Both the position numbers and the translations under genes were made by a program. From Mobula hypostoma (lineage: Eukaryota), in contig NC_086109.1 in the NCBI RefSeq assembly GCF_963921235.1, positions 5,768,001 to 5,832,000 on the forward strand: a stretch of 64,000 nucleotides of DNA, read 5' to 3'. The notes beneath the pieces are model-generated. The model made no database searches and was not told where the DNA came from. It saw only the letters and a program-made list of their open reading frames with translations. Shown piece after piece: positions 38,897-52,896 of the stretch; position 1 is the stretch's first letter, and each line of letters begins with the position of its first letter.

Positions 38897-39331
38897 TATG
38901 CTGAAACGATTTACAAGGATGCCAGGTCTCTAGGGCCTGAGTTATAGGGAGAGGGTGGGCAGGCTACGACATTACTCCTCGGAGCACGGAAGACTGTAGG
39001 GTGACCTTCTAGAGGCGTATAAGATCACCAAGGTACAGATAGGGTGAATACACTTCGTCTTTTCCTCAAGGAAAAAAAAACTAGAGGGCATTGAATACAG
39101 GTGAAAGGGGAAAGATTTAGATGGAACCTGAGGGGCAACTTCTTCATACAGAGGGTGGTGCATATATGGGATGCGATGACAGAGAAAATCATTGAGGCAT
39201 AAAACACAGAACATAAAACATAGGACATTACTGCACAGTACAGGCCCTTCGGCCCACAGCGTGGTGATGACTTTTTAATCTATTCTAGTAGATCAACCTA
39301 ACACAGCTCTCTATTTTACTATCATCCATGC

Positions 39332-39572
39332 TGTTATGTTTTGTACCTTTAAATCATTAAACTAATCCAAATGGAGATGGGAATCTGAAATGCTGTTGTA
39401 ACTTTATCTTCACTTTAAGCGAGGCGCACACGTATCACGAGGTAACATGATGACGTATGCAATCAATGTATTTTTACATATAACCCATAATTAATCATTT
39501 AAACAAACAAGAATTCTTAATCAAACAACATATATACAAGAATATACATTGAAATATTAAATATGCAATACA
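39332..39572. mobile_element. About 240-bp AT-rich interspersed repeat with TG...CA ends (solo-LTR-like)
   Basis: A reverse-complement copy at about 27020-27486 is interrupted by a tRNA SINE. No clean TSD. Confidence 0.45.
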
Positions 39573-39764
39573 TGTACCTATTTAAGAGTTTCTTAAATGA
39601 ATATAAGGCAGGTACATTAACAATGTTCAAAGGACATTGGATAAGTAGGGCTTTGGAGGGATATGAGCCAAGTGCAGGCAAATGAGCAAGCTTAGTGGAT
39701 ACTATGGTCAGCATGGGCAAGTTGGGTCAAAGGGCCATACTCTTATCACTTATATGACTCTATC

Positions 39765-41370
39765 TGTAACAATGGGGGTGTAGTGGACAGCGAGGAAGAC
39801 TATCATGGCTTGCAGCAAGGTCTGGACCAGCTGGAAAAACGGGCTGAAAAATGGCAGATGGAATTTAATGCAGACACGTGTGAGGTGTTGCACTTTGGTA
39901 GGACCAACAAGTTTAAGTCTTACACAGTGAACTACAGGGCAACTATGGGTAAGTAGCCCCATTGCCTTGTGTACAGTTTCGGGAGAGACAGAGGCCACGG
40001 GAATAAACCTAAACAGCAAATCCGGAGTGGAGCCCCTAGGGCGGCTGTGCATCATTGAACGTTCTTCCAGCAGCTCCTACAGCCAAGCTGGTGCCAACCA
40101 TATTGCTTCATAAACTTTCCTTTGGATTACAGTGGTGAGGCTGAGAGGGGCATCTTGGTGACTGGGCATCTCAGGATCTCCTTACCTTCTGCCCAGGCTT
40201 GTGATGATGATGGTCATCACCCATTGTCCTTCGAGACAGACGGGTGCCAACCAGCCATAGGGGACTGAGTGTGGTAGAACAAAGGAATCTGGGAATACAG
40301 GTTCATAATTCATTGAAAGTGACATCACAGGTAAATAGGGTCGTTAAGAAAGCTTTTGGCACATTGGCCTTCATTAATCAAAGTACTGAGTACAGGAGAT
40401 AGAATGTTATGTTTAAGTTGTATAAGATATTGGTGAGGGCTTATTAGGTGTATTGTGTGTGGTTTTGGTCACCTACCTACAGGAAAGAAGTAAATAAGGT
40501 TGAAAATTTACAAGGATATTGAGTTATAAGGACACATTGACTAGATTAGGCCTGGAATTCGGAAGAATGAAGGGTGATTTCATTGAAACCTATCCAATGT
40601 GGAAAGGCCTCAAAAGAGTGGATGTGGAGAAGATGTTTCCTTTGATGGGGAAGTCTAAGACCAGAGTACACAGCCTCAAAACAAAGGGTGTCCTTTTAGA
40701 ATGGAGATGAGGGGGAAGTTCTTCAGCCAGAGGGTGATGAATCTGTAGAATTCATTGCCACAGGCTGCTGTGGAGGCCAAGACATTGGGTATACTTAAGG
40801 CAAAGGTTGATAGATTCTTGATTAATCAGGGCATGGAAAGATATGGGGAAAAGGTAGGAATTGGGGCTGAGAGGGAAAATGGATCAGCCGTGATGAAATG
40901 GTGAAGCAGATTCGATGGGTCGAATGGCTTAATTGAGCTCCTAAATCTTATGGTTTTATGATCTTTATTCTTTGGATTGTAAAAGATTGAGAGGAGATTT
41001 GATAGAGGTATACTAAATTATGAGGGGTATAGATAGGGTAAATGTAAGCAGGCTTTTTCCACTGAGCTTGGGTAGGACTTAAACCAGAGATCACGGGTTA
41101 AGGGTGAAATGTGAAAAGTTTAAGGGGAACATGAGGGGAAACTTCTTCACTCAGAGGGTGAGAGTGTGGAACGAGCTGCCAGCACAAGTGGTGCATGCAA
41201 ACTTGATTTAAACATTTAAGAGTAATATGGATAGGCACATGGGTGGTAGGGGTATGGAGGGCAATGGTCCAGATGGAGGTCAATGAGATTAGGCAGTTTA
41301 AATGGTACAGAATGGAATAGATGGGCCAAAGGGCCTGTTTCTGTGCTGTACTGTTCTATGACTCTATAAT
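39765..41370 (+). mobile_element. Nested, decayed CR1 3' fragments
   Basis: WQMEFNADTCEVLHFG motif at about 39852-39900 and two successive CR1 3' ends; interrupted by an RTE-derived fragment at about 39950-40255. Confidence 0.75.
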
Positions 41371-44300
41371 TCCAGCTTCTCTGATCACCAAAATAACAGA
41401 TCCATACTTTTCTATCTTTGGATTTTCAGCTTTGGTGAATCAGCTTCCTTCTCAAGGGTAATATCTGACAGTTTGAACGGGTTTCCGGAGTCTACTGCAA
41501 CGTACCCTTGCGATATTGCACACTCTTGCTACACACCTTGTGAAAGGTTGGCCAATTCCAACGGTGAAAATCAGTTTAGAACAGGACCACTGAGTTCTCT
41601 TCACGAGTGGTTCCATTTCCTGCGTACTTTGTACTGGCAATTATTTGGGAGACAATTTCTCAACAAGAATTGGTTTTCGTTAGCCTTATTTGGGGACAAG
41701 TTTACAATTAAAAAATGTGAAGAACTAGGCCCGTCTTGCTGCAGGAGGGAACGGAGTCCGTGAGTATTGTAAATTAGCCTGTGCTTTGTGCAGTCAAGGT
41801 GACGAGATATCGGTGCTCATCATCATTGTACAGATAAGCAGACCATGAAGAGGAGCCTCAGCTCCACTCCAAAGCCTGTTAGTTGGCGCTTTCTCCAACA
41901 GAATCAGGAAATTATCAGCAGAATTTGTATGAACCTTTGATATTTATCAATGTACCTAGAAAAATAGAATGCTTTTATCATTTCAGATCCAAACTTGTAA
42001 TGCTCATAAGAGTCCAAAATAACTAAAAAAATTAAAGTGCAAATCTTGAATCTCTGCTCCTGAGAGCAGAGAGAGTCACAGTGCAGAGGGGCACGAAGGT
42101 TTACTCCCAGGTGATGGTCATAGAGATATAGAACACTTCAGCACAGAATCAGGCCCTTCACCCCATCTAGTCAGTGCAAGCCTATTATTCTGCCTCGTCC
42201 CATCGACCTGCAGCCGTGTCATAGCCCCGCCTATCCATATACCTATCCAAACGTGCCAGCAGCTCATTCCACACTCTCATCACTCTCTGAGTGAAGAGGC
42301 TCCCCCTCTGTTCTCCTTAAATATTTCACCTTTCACCCTTAACTATGTCCTCTGGTTCTAGTCTCAATCAGCCTCTGTGGAAAAGCCTGTTTGCATTTAC
42401 CCTATCCTAACCCCTCATAATTTTTTTAAAATCTCTATCAAATCTCCCTCATTCTCCAATGCTCTAAGGAATGAAGTCCTGACCTATTCTACTCAGTCAG
42501 GTCCTCAAGTCCCAGCAACATTCTTGTAAAATTTTCTCTGTACTCATTCAATCTTATCTTTCCTGTGGGTAGGTGACAAGTACTGAACACAATATCCCAA
42601 ATTAGACCTCATCAACGTCCAGTACAATTCCAACATAACATCCCAAATCCTGTACTCAATACTTTGATTTAGGAAAGCCCCATGTGCCAAAAGCTTTCTT
42701 TACAACCCTTTATACGTGTGACACTACTTTCAGTGAATTATGGATCTATATTCCCAGATTCTCTGTCCTACTGTGCTCCGCTGTGCCCTACCATTTGATG
42801 TGTAAGTCTGGTAAGAATGACTGGGTCACGGAAACTTTTTCAGATGGCAGCAAAGAGATGTGTAATGGAGAGTGTATTGACTGGCTGCATCACAACTTGG
42901 TATGGAAGCACCAATGTCTTTGAATAGAAGATCCTTCAAAAGGTAGTGGATGTGGCCCGGTCCAGCATGGGTAATGTCCTCCCAACCACTGAGCACATTT
43001 ACATGAAATGCCATGGGAGGAAAGCAGCGTCCATCATCAGAGGTCATCACCACCCAGGTCATGCTCTCTTCCGATTGCTGCCGTCAGGTGGAAAGTACCA
43101 GAAGGTATAGTCACTACCGCTCAGCCTTCAGTCCTGGGAGAACTGGACCAGTTCTCTGGGTCGCTGTGCACCTTGGACTTTTGCCTCCTTCACCGGGAGC
43201 TCTGCTTGCTGCCGACTTGCAGTTTTGTTTTGATCAGCATCATCACTTACGTCCTTTTGCAATGGATGGAAAAGGAAAGTGAAACCCAGCTCAGTACGAG
43301 AGCCCTGATCTTGTGCAACGTCTCAGAGATGCCAAGGCTACCACAGAAAATGCACCAGTGGGGACTTTTTAATTCTGAACGACAGGCGTTCGAAAGGACG
43401 TATTTACCTTCCATCGTATTTCACAGGGACCATGCAGCCATCGCTTCTATGCCAGATTACACATCAACCCCATTTCCCCAGTTATCAATCTCATTTCCCC
43501 AATGTGTTGAAACTGGAGAGGGTTCAAAGGAGGTTCACGAAAATGATTCCAGAATTAAATGGCTTGTCATATAAAGAGCATTTGATGGCTCTGGGACTGT
43601 ATTCACCGGAATTCAGAAGAATGAGGGTTGACTTCATTGAAACCTATCGAATGGTGACAGGTCTTTATAGAGTGGATGTGGAGAGGATGTTTCCCATGGC
43701 GGGAGAATCCAGGACCAGGGGGCACAGCCTCAGAATAGAGTGGAGTTCTTTTAGAATGGAGATGAGGAGGAATTTCTTTAACCAGAGTGTGGTGAATCTG
43801 TGGAATTCATTGCCACAGTGAATGCAGAGGCCAAGTGGTTATGTATATTTAGGGCAGAGGCTGATAGATTCTTGATTAGTCAGGGCATGAAGGGATAAGG
43901 GGAGAAGGCAGGAGACTGGGGCTGAGAGGGAAAATGGGTCAGCCATGATGAAATGGTGGAGCAGACTCGATGGGCCAAATGGCCTAATTCTACTCCTATA
44001 TCTTACGCTTTTATGGTCTTATTTCCTTCTGGTCTATTCTCCCCACATTCCTATTTGCATTCAGTGGCCACTTTATGAGATTCTCGCTGCACCTAATAAA
44101 GTGACCACTGACCGTATGTCCGCGGCCTTCTACTGCTCTAGCCCATCTACTTGAAGCTTCAATGTGTTGTGCAACCAGAGATGCTCTTCTGGACGCCACT
44201 GTTGTACTGGCCATCTGAGTTACTGTCAGCTTTGAACCAATCTGCCCATTCTCCTCTGACCTCTTTCACCAGCATAGTGTTTTCACCCCACAGTACTGCC

Positions 44301-47242
44301 ACTCACTGGATGATTTTTGTTTTTCTCACCATTCTCTGTAAATTCTAGAGATTTTTGTACATGAAAAGCCCAGAAGGTACTCAAACCACTCCATCTGGTG
44401 CCAACAAACATTCCACTGTCAAAGTCACATAGATCACACTTCTTCCCCATTCTGATGTTAGGTCTGAAACAATTGAACCTCTTGACCATGTCTGCATGCT
44501 TTTATGCATCAAGTTGCTGCCCCATGGTTGGCTGATTAGAAATTTGTATTAACAAGCAGGTGTCCAGGTGCACCTGGGGTGGCTGTTGAGTGTATGTTTC
44601 GGGCCGAGACGTCAACTGTGCTTCTTCCTATAGATGCTGCCTGACCTGCTGCGTTCACCAGCAATTTTTGTGTGTGTTACTTACACACTGGGGACAGTTT
44701 ACAGCGACCAGTTGGCCCACTAACTTGCATGTCTTTGGAATGTGGGAGGAAACCGGAGCACTTGGGGGAAACCCATAGAGAGAGGAACTCTGAACCCAGA
44801 GTCAGAATTTATTGTGGCCTTCAGGAAAGGGAAGTCGAAGAAAACAGTCTTCATCGAGGAGGGGGTCAGCAGTGGAAAGAGTGAGTAACTTCAAGTTCCT
44901 GGGTGTCAACATCTCCGAAGATCGATCGTGGGCCCAACATGTCCATGAAATTATGAGGAAGGAACGACAGCAGCTATGTTTCATTAGGAATTTGAGGAGA
45001 TTTGGTATGTAAACAAAGACTCTAGAATATTTCTACAGATGAACTGGTTGCATCATCATCTGGTATGGGGGGACCACTGCACTGGATTGGAAGAAGCTGC
45101 AGAGAGGATTGTAAACTCAGCCGAACCCACCATGGGCACTCGTCTCCCCTGCACTGAAGACATCTTTAAAGGCGATGTCTCAGCAAGCATCCATCATTAA
45201 GGACCCGCAACACCCAGGACATGCTCTCTTCTCATCACAGTTACCAGGGAGGAGATACAGCAGTCTGAAGACCCACAAGCAATGTTTTAGAAACCTTTTC
45301 CCCTCTGCCATCAGATTCTGAATGGACCACAAACCCATGAACACCACCTCATTATTTATATTCCTTTTGCACTAATTATTTATTATATCTATTTATTTTA
45401 TGTAACCTATAGTAATTAAAAAATAATAATATATTCCTTTTCATGTATTGCAGTGTACTGCTGCCACAAAACAACAAATTTCATGACATATGTCAGTGAT
45501 AATAAACCTGATTATGGCTTTCTATGAACCTTTGGGGCTCTCAGCTGGATGTAGGAAATTCGAAGGCACTATCTTATCGAGGATTAGAGGTGTTCTCTTG
45601 AGTCAAGTTCAAGTTTATTGTCATCTGACTGTACATATATATAACCAAAGAAAACAACATTCCTCTGGAACACGGTACACCCACAAATCATCTATCACAC
45701 ACAGTACATAAATCAAAATATCACAATAAATAAGTTAATAAAATGTAATTCAAAATGCATGCAGCATGCAGCACAGGTAAACAGTAAAAAGCTTGCTGTC
45801 CTAGTGACGAGACCTTGGTGAGGGCAGGGTATTCATTAGTCTCACAGCTTGAGGGAAGAAGCTGTTACCCAGTCTGTCAGTCCTAGTCCTGATGCTCCTG
45901 TACCTCCTTCCTGATGGTAGTGGGTCAGAGAGATTATGGGATGGGTGTTAGGGATCCCCAACATTGCTTTGGGTCCTTCGGCTACAGCACTCCCAGTAAA
46001 TGTCACAAATAGAGGAAGGGAGATCCAACATATGCCGGTCATATTAAACCGGATCCTGTCAGCAGATTTTACTAACCTCTATAGGGTCTTGCATTGTGAT
46101 GCCTTGTCCTATCCAATATTAATGTCTGATCCAATACTGATTCCTGAAGCATGTCAAGTAAACAGTTCACCAGATCATGATCACATGCTATCAATCTTGC
46201 TGATAACAAAAGGACGGCTGTATTTCTTACATTGCTATGTAGACCAAACTTCAAAAGAAACAGCATTATTCTCAAAGCAAATCGCACGTATTGAGGTAGT
46301 GAAAGGTGTCGTGGAAATGTAAAATTGCACTTTTTTAATGCAGCACAGATGGATATTTTAATATTAAAACCACAGACCACTATCGATTACTTTCTGCTAG
46401 CTGAATGGTAGGTTTTTACAACCTGTCCCCAGCAAAGCTCTTTGCTCTAAACTAAATCTTCCATAACAATTATTTTTAGAATCAAGGAAGTTCATACGCA
46501 TTTTCTGATTTGACTGAAAGTAATTTTGACAAAAATATACTCTGGGATTTTTTACTCTGTTATTTTGAGATGATTTTCCATTGTTAAAATGTAATTACTA
46601 ACCAAAATGGATGCTCATTCAAACTATTTAAGTTCATTATTCTAACTATTCAGAAGGAGTTCTACAAGCAACCACGAAATTCATCTTTTCTGACTCACTC
46701 CACCCACAGAAAGATGAGCAAGGAGCATTTGCTAAGTGACACCTACCACCCTGCTGTTACTTGCAAAAACCAAGAACTATCTGATGAAACGTTAAGACAG
46801 ATTTTGTATATTGAGATATCAATACATTTCACTGCAAAGCTTCAGCTGTGGCTTTAAGTCCAGCACAGAGCAGTAGACTCAACATCTTAGCACAACAGTA
46901 CCAGCGACTCGGGCTTCCATTGCCACTTCTGTCTGTAAGGAGTTTGTACGTTCTCCCCGTGACCGCGTGGGTTTCCTCCGGGTGCTCCGGTTTCCTCCCA
47001 CAGTCCAAAGACGAACTGGTTGGTAGGTGAATTGGTCTTTGTAAATGGTCCTGTGACTAGGTTGGGATTAAATCAGGGGGTTGCTGGGTGGTGAGGCACA
47101 AAAGGCTAGAAGGGCCTATTTCATACTGTATCTCAATAAGTAAATAAAATCTTCAGCTCCCTTTTTAATGACCTTCCCTCTATCAGAAGGTCAGTCTTGG
47201 GGTGTTCATTGTTGATCTCATAGATGTGTACAAGACGATAGG

Positions 47243-47840
47243 TTCCTAAGGTTGTCACAGCCAGGGATGGCAGTGGGGATAAGCTCCTAATACCTATAAA
47301 GTGCTCCAAATGGCGTGCGTCTCTAACAGCCTCTGACAACCAAGTCCAACTCTTGGCCTTCACGTGTGGCTTAGCTACGAGGCCCAGCGAAACTGTTCCT
47401 ACTGACAAGAGAAGGGGCAAAGGCGGATCTGGTGCCTCAAAACCAGTTGCTCCAGGCAGTTGGGGCTCACCGGCCTTGGACGGCAGCCCACCTAGGAGAA
47501 GGAAAACTCTGATTTTAAACCTCCGCTGCCTTGCGGCCATACCCACCCATGGGAAAGGCTTTGGGAGTAAACCCTGAGGAAGAAGTCCGGAGCCGGGATC
47601 CCTAAAGCAGTTGGTATTGTTTATAACTTCACTCTGGCAACCTCTGCGATGACACTGGTGCCAGGCTGTATCAGCACTTGCCCTTCCCTTGGGCTACGTC
47701 AGTGATGTGGAGAGGGGGAAACCGCTGCACGGGCAACAGCCGGTTCTTCAAATCTTCCCACCCAGGCTTGCACCAAGGAGAGGACACAGTCCACCAGAGG
47801 CACAAACCCATGATCCCCTGGGATCGACGGCTGCCTACTA
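47243..47840 (+). mobile_element. Non-autonomous RTE-derived element (family C)
   Basis: RTE-type 5' UTR motif CTAGGAGAAGGAAAACTCTGATTTTAAACC. Full-length second copy at about 60815-61412. Confidence 0.65.
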
Positions 47841-48973
47841 TTATAAGATGATAAGAGGTATAGATTGAGTTGGCAGCCAGAGACTTTTTCCCAGGGCATA
47901 AACAGTTAATATGAGGGGGCATAACTTTAAGGTGATTGGAAGAAAAAGTAGGGGGAATGTCAGAGGAACCATTTTTACACAGAGAGTGGTAGATGCATGG
48001 AATGAACTGCCGGGGTGGTGGTAGAGCTAGGTACATTAGGGACATTTAAGAAACCCTTAGATAGGCAGATGGACGACTGAGAAATGGAGGGTTACGTAGG
48101 AAGGAAGTGTTAGATTGGTCTTGGAGTAAGATAAAGGATTGGCACAACATTGTGGGCCAAAGAACCTGTCATCATCATAATCATCATTACGTGCTGTGAC
48201 GTATGACATGGGCATTCATGGTCTTCTCCATCATTGTTCTTGGCAAGTTGTTCTACATAAAGTGGTTTGCTATTGTCTTCTTCTGGGCAGTGTCTTTACA
48301 AGATGGGTGACCTCAGTCACTATCGATACTCTTCAGATAGTCCGCCTGGCGTCAGTGGTCGCATAACCAGGATTTGTGATCTGCACCGGCTGCTCATACA
48401 ACCATCCACCACCTGATCTCATGGCTTCACATGACCCTGATTTGGGGGGAGGGGAGGTGGGGGGCTAAGCAGGTGCTACACCTCGCCTAAGAGTGACCTG
48501 CAGGCTCGTGGAGGGAAGGAGTGACTTACACCTCCTTTGGTAGAGATGTATCTCCCAAAAGAGCGCGGAGAGTGCTGTAATGTTCTATATTCTATGTTAC
48601 TACCTTACACAGTCAGGCAGCCCGCTTTGAGAGGGTGAAAGTGAACTTCACTCTGGAACCTCTTCAGTCTTTCTGGTGACAGTGCTGCCACAGCGCTCTT
48701 GTGGAGGGAGACCCAGGGTTTAGGCGCAGTGACAAAGAAGGAATGGTGATACCCTTAACGCGAGAAATTCTGCAGTTGCTGGAAATCCTAATTAACACAC
48801 ACAAAATGCTGGAGGAACTCAACAGGCCAAGCAGCATCTATGGAAACGAGCCAACAGTCAACATTTCGGGCCTAAAACCTTCAACAGGTCCTGATGAGGT
48901 CCTCCTGCAATTTGTGTGTGTTGCCATGGCGATGTCCTTCTAAGCCACAATAGTGCAGAACTAGATATTAGGC

Positions 48974-49621
48974 CATAAGACCATAAGACAAAGGAGCAGG
49001 AGTAGGCCATTCGGCCCATCGAGTCTGCTCCACCATCTTATCATGAGCAGATCCATTCTCCCATTTAGTCCCAATCCCCCGCCTTCTCACCATAACCTTT
49101 GATGCCCTGGCTACTCAGATACCTATCAATCTCTGCCTTAAATACACCCAATGACTTGGCCTCCACTGCCGCCCATGGCAACAAATTCCATAGATTCACC
49201 ACCCTCTGACTAAAAAAATTTCTTCGCCTTTCTGTTCTGAATGGGCGCCCTTCAATCCTTAAGTCATGCCCTCTCGTACTAGACTCTCCCATCATGGGAA
49301 ACAACTTTGCCACATCCACTGTGTCCATGCCTTTCAACATTCGAAATGTTTCTATGAGGTCCCCCCTCATTCTTCTAAACTCCAAGGAATACAGTCCAAG
49401 AGTGGACAAATGTTCCTCATATGTTAACCCTCTCATTCCCGGAATCATTCTAATGAATCTTCTCTGTACCCTCTCCTTTCTTAAATAAGGAGACCAAAAC
49501 TGTCCATAGTACTCCAAGTGAGGTCTCACCAGCGCCTTATAGAGTCTCAACATCACATCCCTGCTCCTATACTCTATTCCTCTAGAAATGAATGCCAACA
49601 TTGCATTTGCCTTCTTCACCA
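48974..49621 (-). mobile_element. Young CR1 LINE 3' end
   Basis: 185-aa open frame KKANAMLAFISRGIEY...LYKALVRPHLEY...FFSQRVVNLWNLLP. The same subfamily's 3' end recurs at about 1195-1550, 2720-3365, 11700-12035, 19476-19830, 43505-44020 and 53885-54425. Confidence 0.9.
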
Positions 49622-52600
49622 TATTAGCTTTATTTGTTGCTTGTACATAGCGAAATGCATCATTTGCTTCAAATTAGGTCAACGGGTATGTCAACGGCTG
49701 GAGGCAGCCTGCAAGTATCACCCCATTTCCTTCATCAACATACCATGCCACAACTGAATGTGGGAGGAATCCAGAGCACCCCAAGGAAATTCACACGGTT
49801 ACAGGGAGAACGTACACGCTCCTTACAGACAGTGGTGGGAATTGAGCCCCGATCGTATGGCTGGTGCTGAAAAGCTTTACGTTAATGGCTATGTTACAAA
49901 GCCATCTAGGGAACTGCGTTAGAAGTGAGCACATAATTAATTAGTCACACAGTCATACATCACGAGAAAAGGCCCTTCAAGCCAACAGCCATCGAAGATC
50001 CCTAATTAATCTAAAAGATCATAAGATATAGGAGCATGATTGGGCCTCTTGGCTCATTGAGTCTGCTCCACCATTTTATCATGGCTGATTTATTATCCTT
50101 CTCAATTCCATTCTCCTGCCTTTCCCCTATATCCTTTGATGCCATTACTAATCAAGAATTTGTCGACCTCTGCTCAAACTATACCTAATGATTTGGCCCC
50201 CACATCCGACTGTGGCGATGAATTCCTCAGGTTCACCATTCTGACTAGAGAAATTCCTCCTCATCTCTGTTCTAAAGAGACATCCTTCTATTGTGAGGCT
50301 GTGCCCTCTGGTCCTAGACCCCCATTGCAGGGAACATTCTCTCCCTGGGAAATACTGACCTTGAGCAATGATCTGAAGGAGAACTTACGCTGACCGCCAC
50401 GAAGTGACGTTATCGAATATGTTGAAATGTGCTTCCCTTCCCTGTAACGTGAAAGGGCTTTCAAACATCACACACAGATTCGTCATGTTTATGCAGTTCC
50501 CGTCTCTCTGCAGATTGATACTTTCACGGTGTACACATCTCAGTGAGGACACACTGCATCAGTAAATTACTGAGTTGTAGAGTCGTAGAGCACTACAGAA
50601 CAGAAACAAGCTCTTCAGCCCATCTCGTCTTGCCAAACTACACTCAGTAGGTACAAGAGTGGAACCTAGTATGGTTCTCTACTGCTGTATCCCACCCATA
50701 TCAAGGTTTGACATTCAGAGATGCTCTTCGGCACAGGACTGTTGCAAAAGAGTGGCTATTTGAGTTTCTGTCACCTTCCCGCCTGCTTGAACCAGTCTTG
50801 CCAGTCTCTTCTAACATGAGCATGAAAATCCCACGAAATGAGCAGTTTGTGATGCACCAACAATCATTACCTGTTCCGAAGTTTGGTCTGAACAACAACT
50901 GAACCTCCTGACCATGTCTGCATGCTTTTATGCCTTGAGTTGCTGTCACATGATTGACTGAATAGATAATTGCATTAACGAGCTGGTGTACCGGTGTACC
51001 TAATAAAGTGGCCAGTCACAGTTACAGAGAAAGTGCAGAGCAGGCCAACAATGTGCAAGGTCATAACAAGATAGATTATAATTTCTTTCAATAACTTAGA
51101 AATTATTATTGAAACATATAAAATTCTAAAAGGATTGGACAGGCTAGATGTAGGAAGATTGGTCCCGATGTAGGGGAAGTCCAGAACGAGGGGTCACAGT
51201 TTAAGGATAAAGAGGAAGCCTTTTTGGGACCGAATTCTCTGCCACAGGAAACTGTTGAGGCCAGTTCATTGGCTATATTTAAGAGGGAGTTAGATATGGC
51301 CCTTGTGGCTAAAGGGATCAGGGGGTATGGAGAGAAGGCAGGTACAGGGTTCTGAGTTGGATGATCACCCATGATCATACTGAATGGCAGTGCAGGCTCA
51401 AAGGGCCGAATGGCCTACTCCTGCACCTATTTTCTAAATATACAGCAGGGTAAAAGGACCTTCTGGCCCAACAAGCCTGCACTGCCCAGTTACACCCATG
51501 TGACCAATTAACCTAGTAACCCGTGGGTCTTTGGACTGTGGGAGGAAACCAGAGCACCCGGAGGAAACCCACACAGTCACAAGGAATATGTAGAAACACC
51601 TGTCAGACAACGGCGGGACTGCTGGCTCTGTAATAACGTTACATTAGCTGCTACGGTACTGTGCCGTGCCATAGATTTTCTCCCCGTCAATGCCCGCAAG
51701 AAAATAAATCCCAAGGTAGTGTATGGTAACGTGGATGCATTTTGATAATAAATTTACCCTGAATTTGGAACTCTGAGCTGGGCCTTGTGTGCTGCCTGTG
51801 CGCACTTTGCCTGGTACTCCCTGTGACCTACTTTCACGGCCTATTAACCCATACTTCTTTGGGATGGGGGAGGAAACCAGAGTACTCAGAGGAAACCCAC
51901 GCGGTCACAAGGAGAACGTACAAACTCCTTACAGGCAGCGACGGAAATGAACCTGGGCCAGTGGCACTGTCATATGTCACACTAACCATACTCTTCTGTG
52001 TGGCTGCTCTTGTGAAGTCAAGAGTCCAACGTTGTCAAGCTAGGGAACTATTCAATAACCTTATAACCGCAGGGTAGGAGCTGTCCTTGAGGCTGGTGGT
52101 ACCTGCTTTCAGGCCTTCCTATCTTCTGCCCATTGGAGGGGGAGAAGAGGGGAGAATATCCAGGGTGGGGCTGTGGGTCTTCGATTATGCTGTCTGCTTT
52201 ACTGAGGCAATGAGGTATCGACCGTGTCCATGGAGGGGAGGCTGGTTTCTGTGATGTACTGAGCAGATCAGCCTCTTACTGCCTTGGACAGAACAGTGGC
52301 CAACCCAAGCTGTGTTAAATCCAGGGAGGATGCTTTCCATCTGAAATCTGGAGATTAAAAAAAACCGTCATTTATAAATTCCACTGAGATTTTTTTTTCT
52401 CCAGTGTCCAAGTACCACAGGAAACCTCTAAGAGAGAAGGTTTTCAATTTCTTTAGTACTCTTCTCAAGCCTCCCAGAATATCTTGAAAGTGCTTCCCAA
52501 AACATAGTGCATTTTATGATTCATGGCTGTAGAAACAAGGACAAGGTAAACTAATGGAAAAGCCAGCAAACCAAAAGAACAGCCTAGAGAGCCAGTGTAA

Positions 52601-52629
52601 CAAAATATCTCAATGGTACCACACCCCCT

Positions 52630-52896
52630 GTCACTCCATTCTCCCTTCAATCACTCCCTCCCTCAATTGATTCTTTCCTCACTCCTTCCCTTATCATTCC
52701 CTTCTTCACTCACTCCCTCCCTCTCTCGCTCACTCACTACCTCACTCACTCCCTTCTTCAGTCACTCACTCCCTCCATCCCTCACTCTCTCCTTCCCTTA
52801 CTCCCTCCCGCCCTTAATCCCTCTTTCACTCACTCCCTCTTTCCCACCCTCACTCTCCCCTTCCCCTGTGTCCCTCTCTCCTTCCCTCCCTCCCTC
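52630..52896. repeat. CT-rich low-complexity repeat
   Basis: Degenerate (CTCC/CTCA)n; explains the S/L/P-rich ORF at 52613. Confidence 0.9.

Noticed and set aside
52385..52445. Strong polypyrimidine-CAG acceptor-like site
   Set aside because: No convincing donor or recognisable peptide follows.
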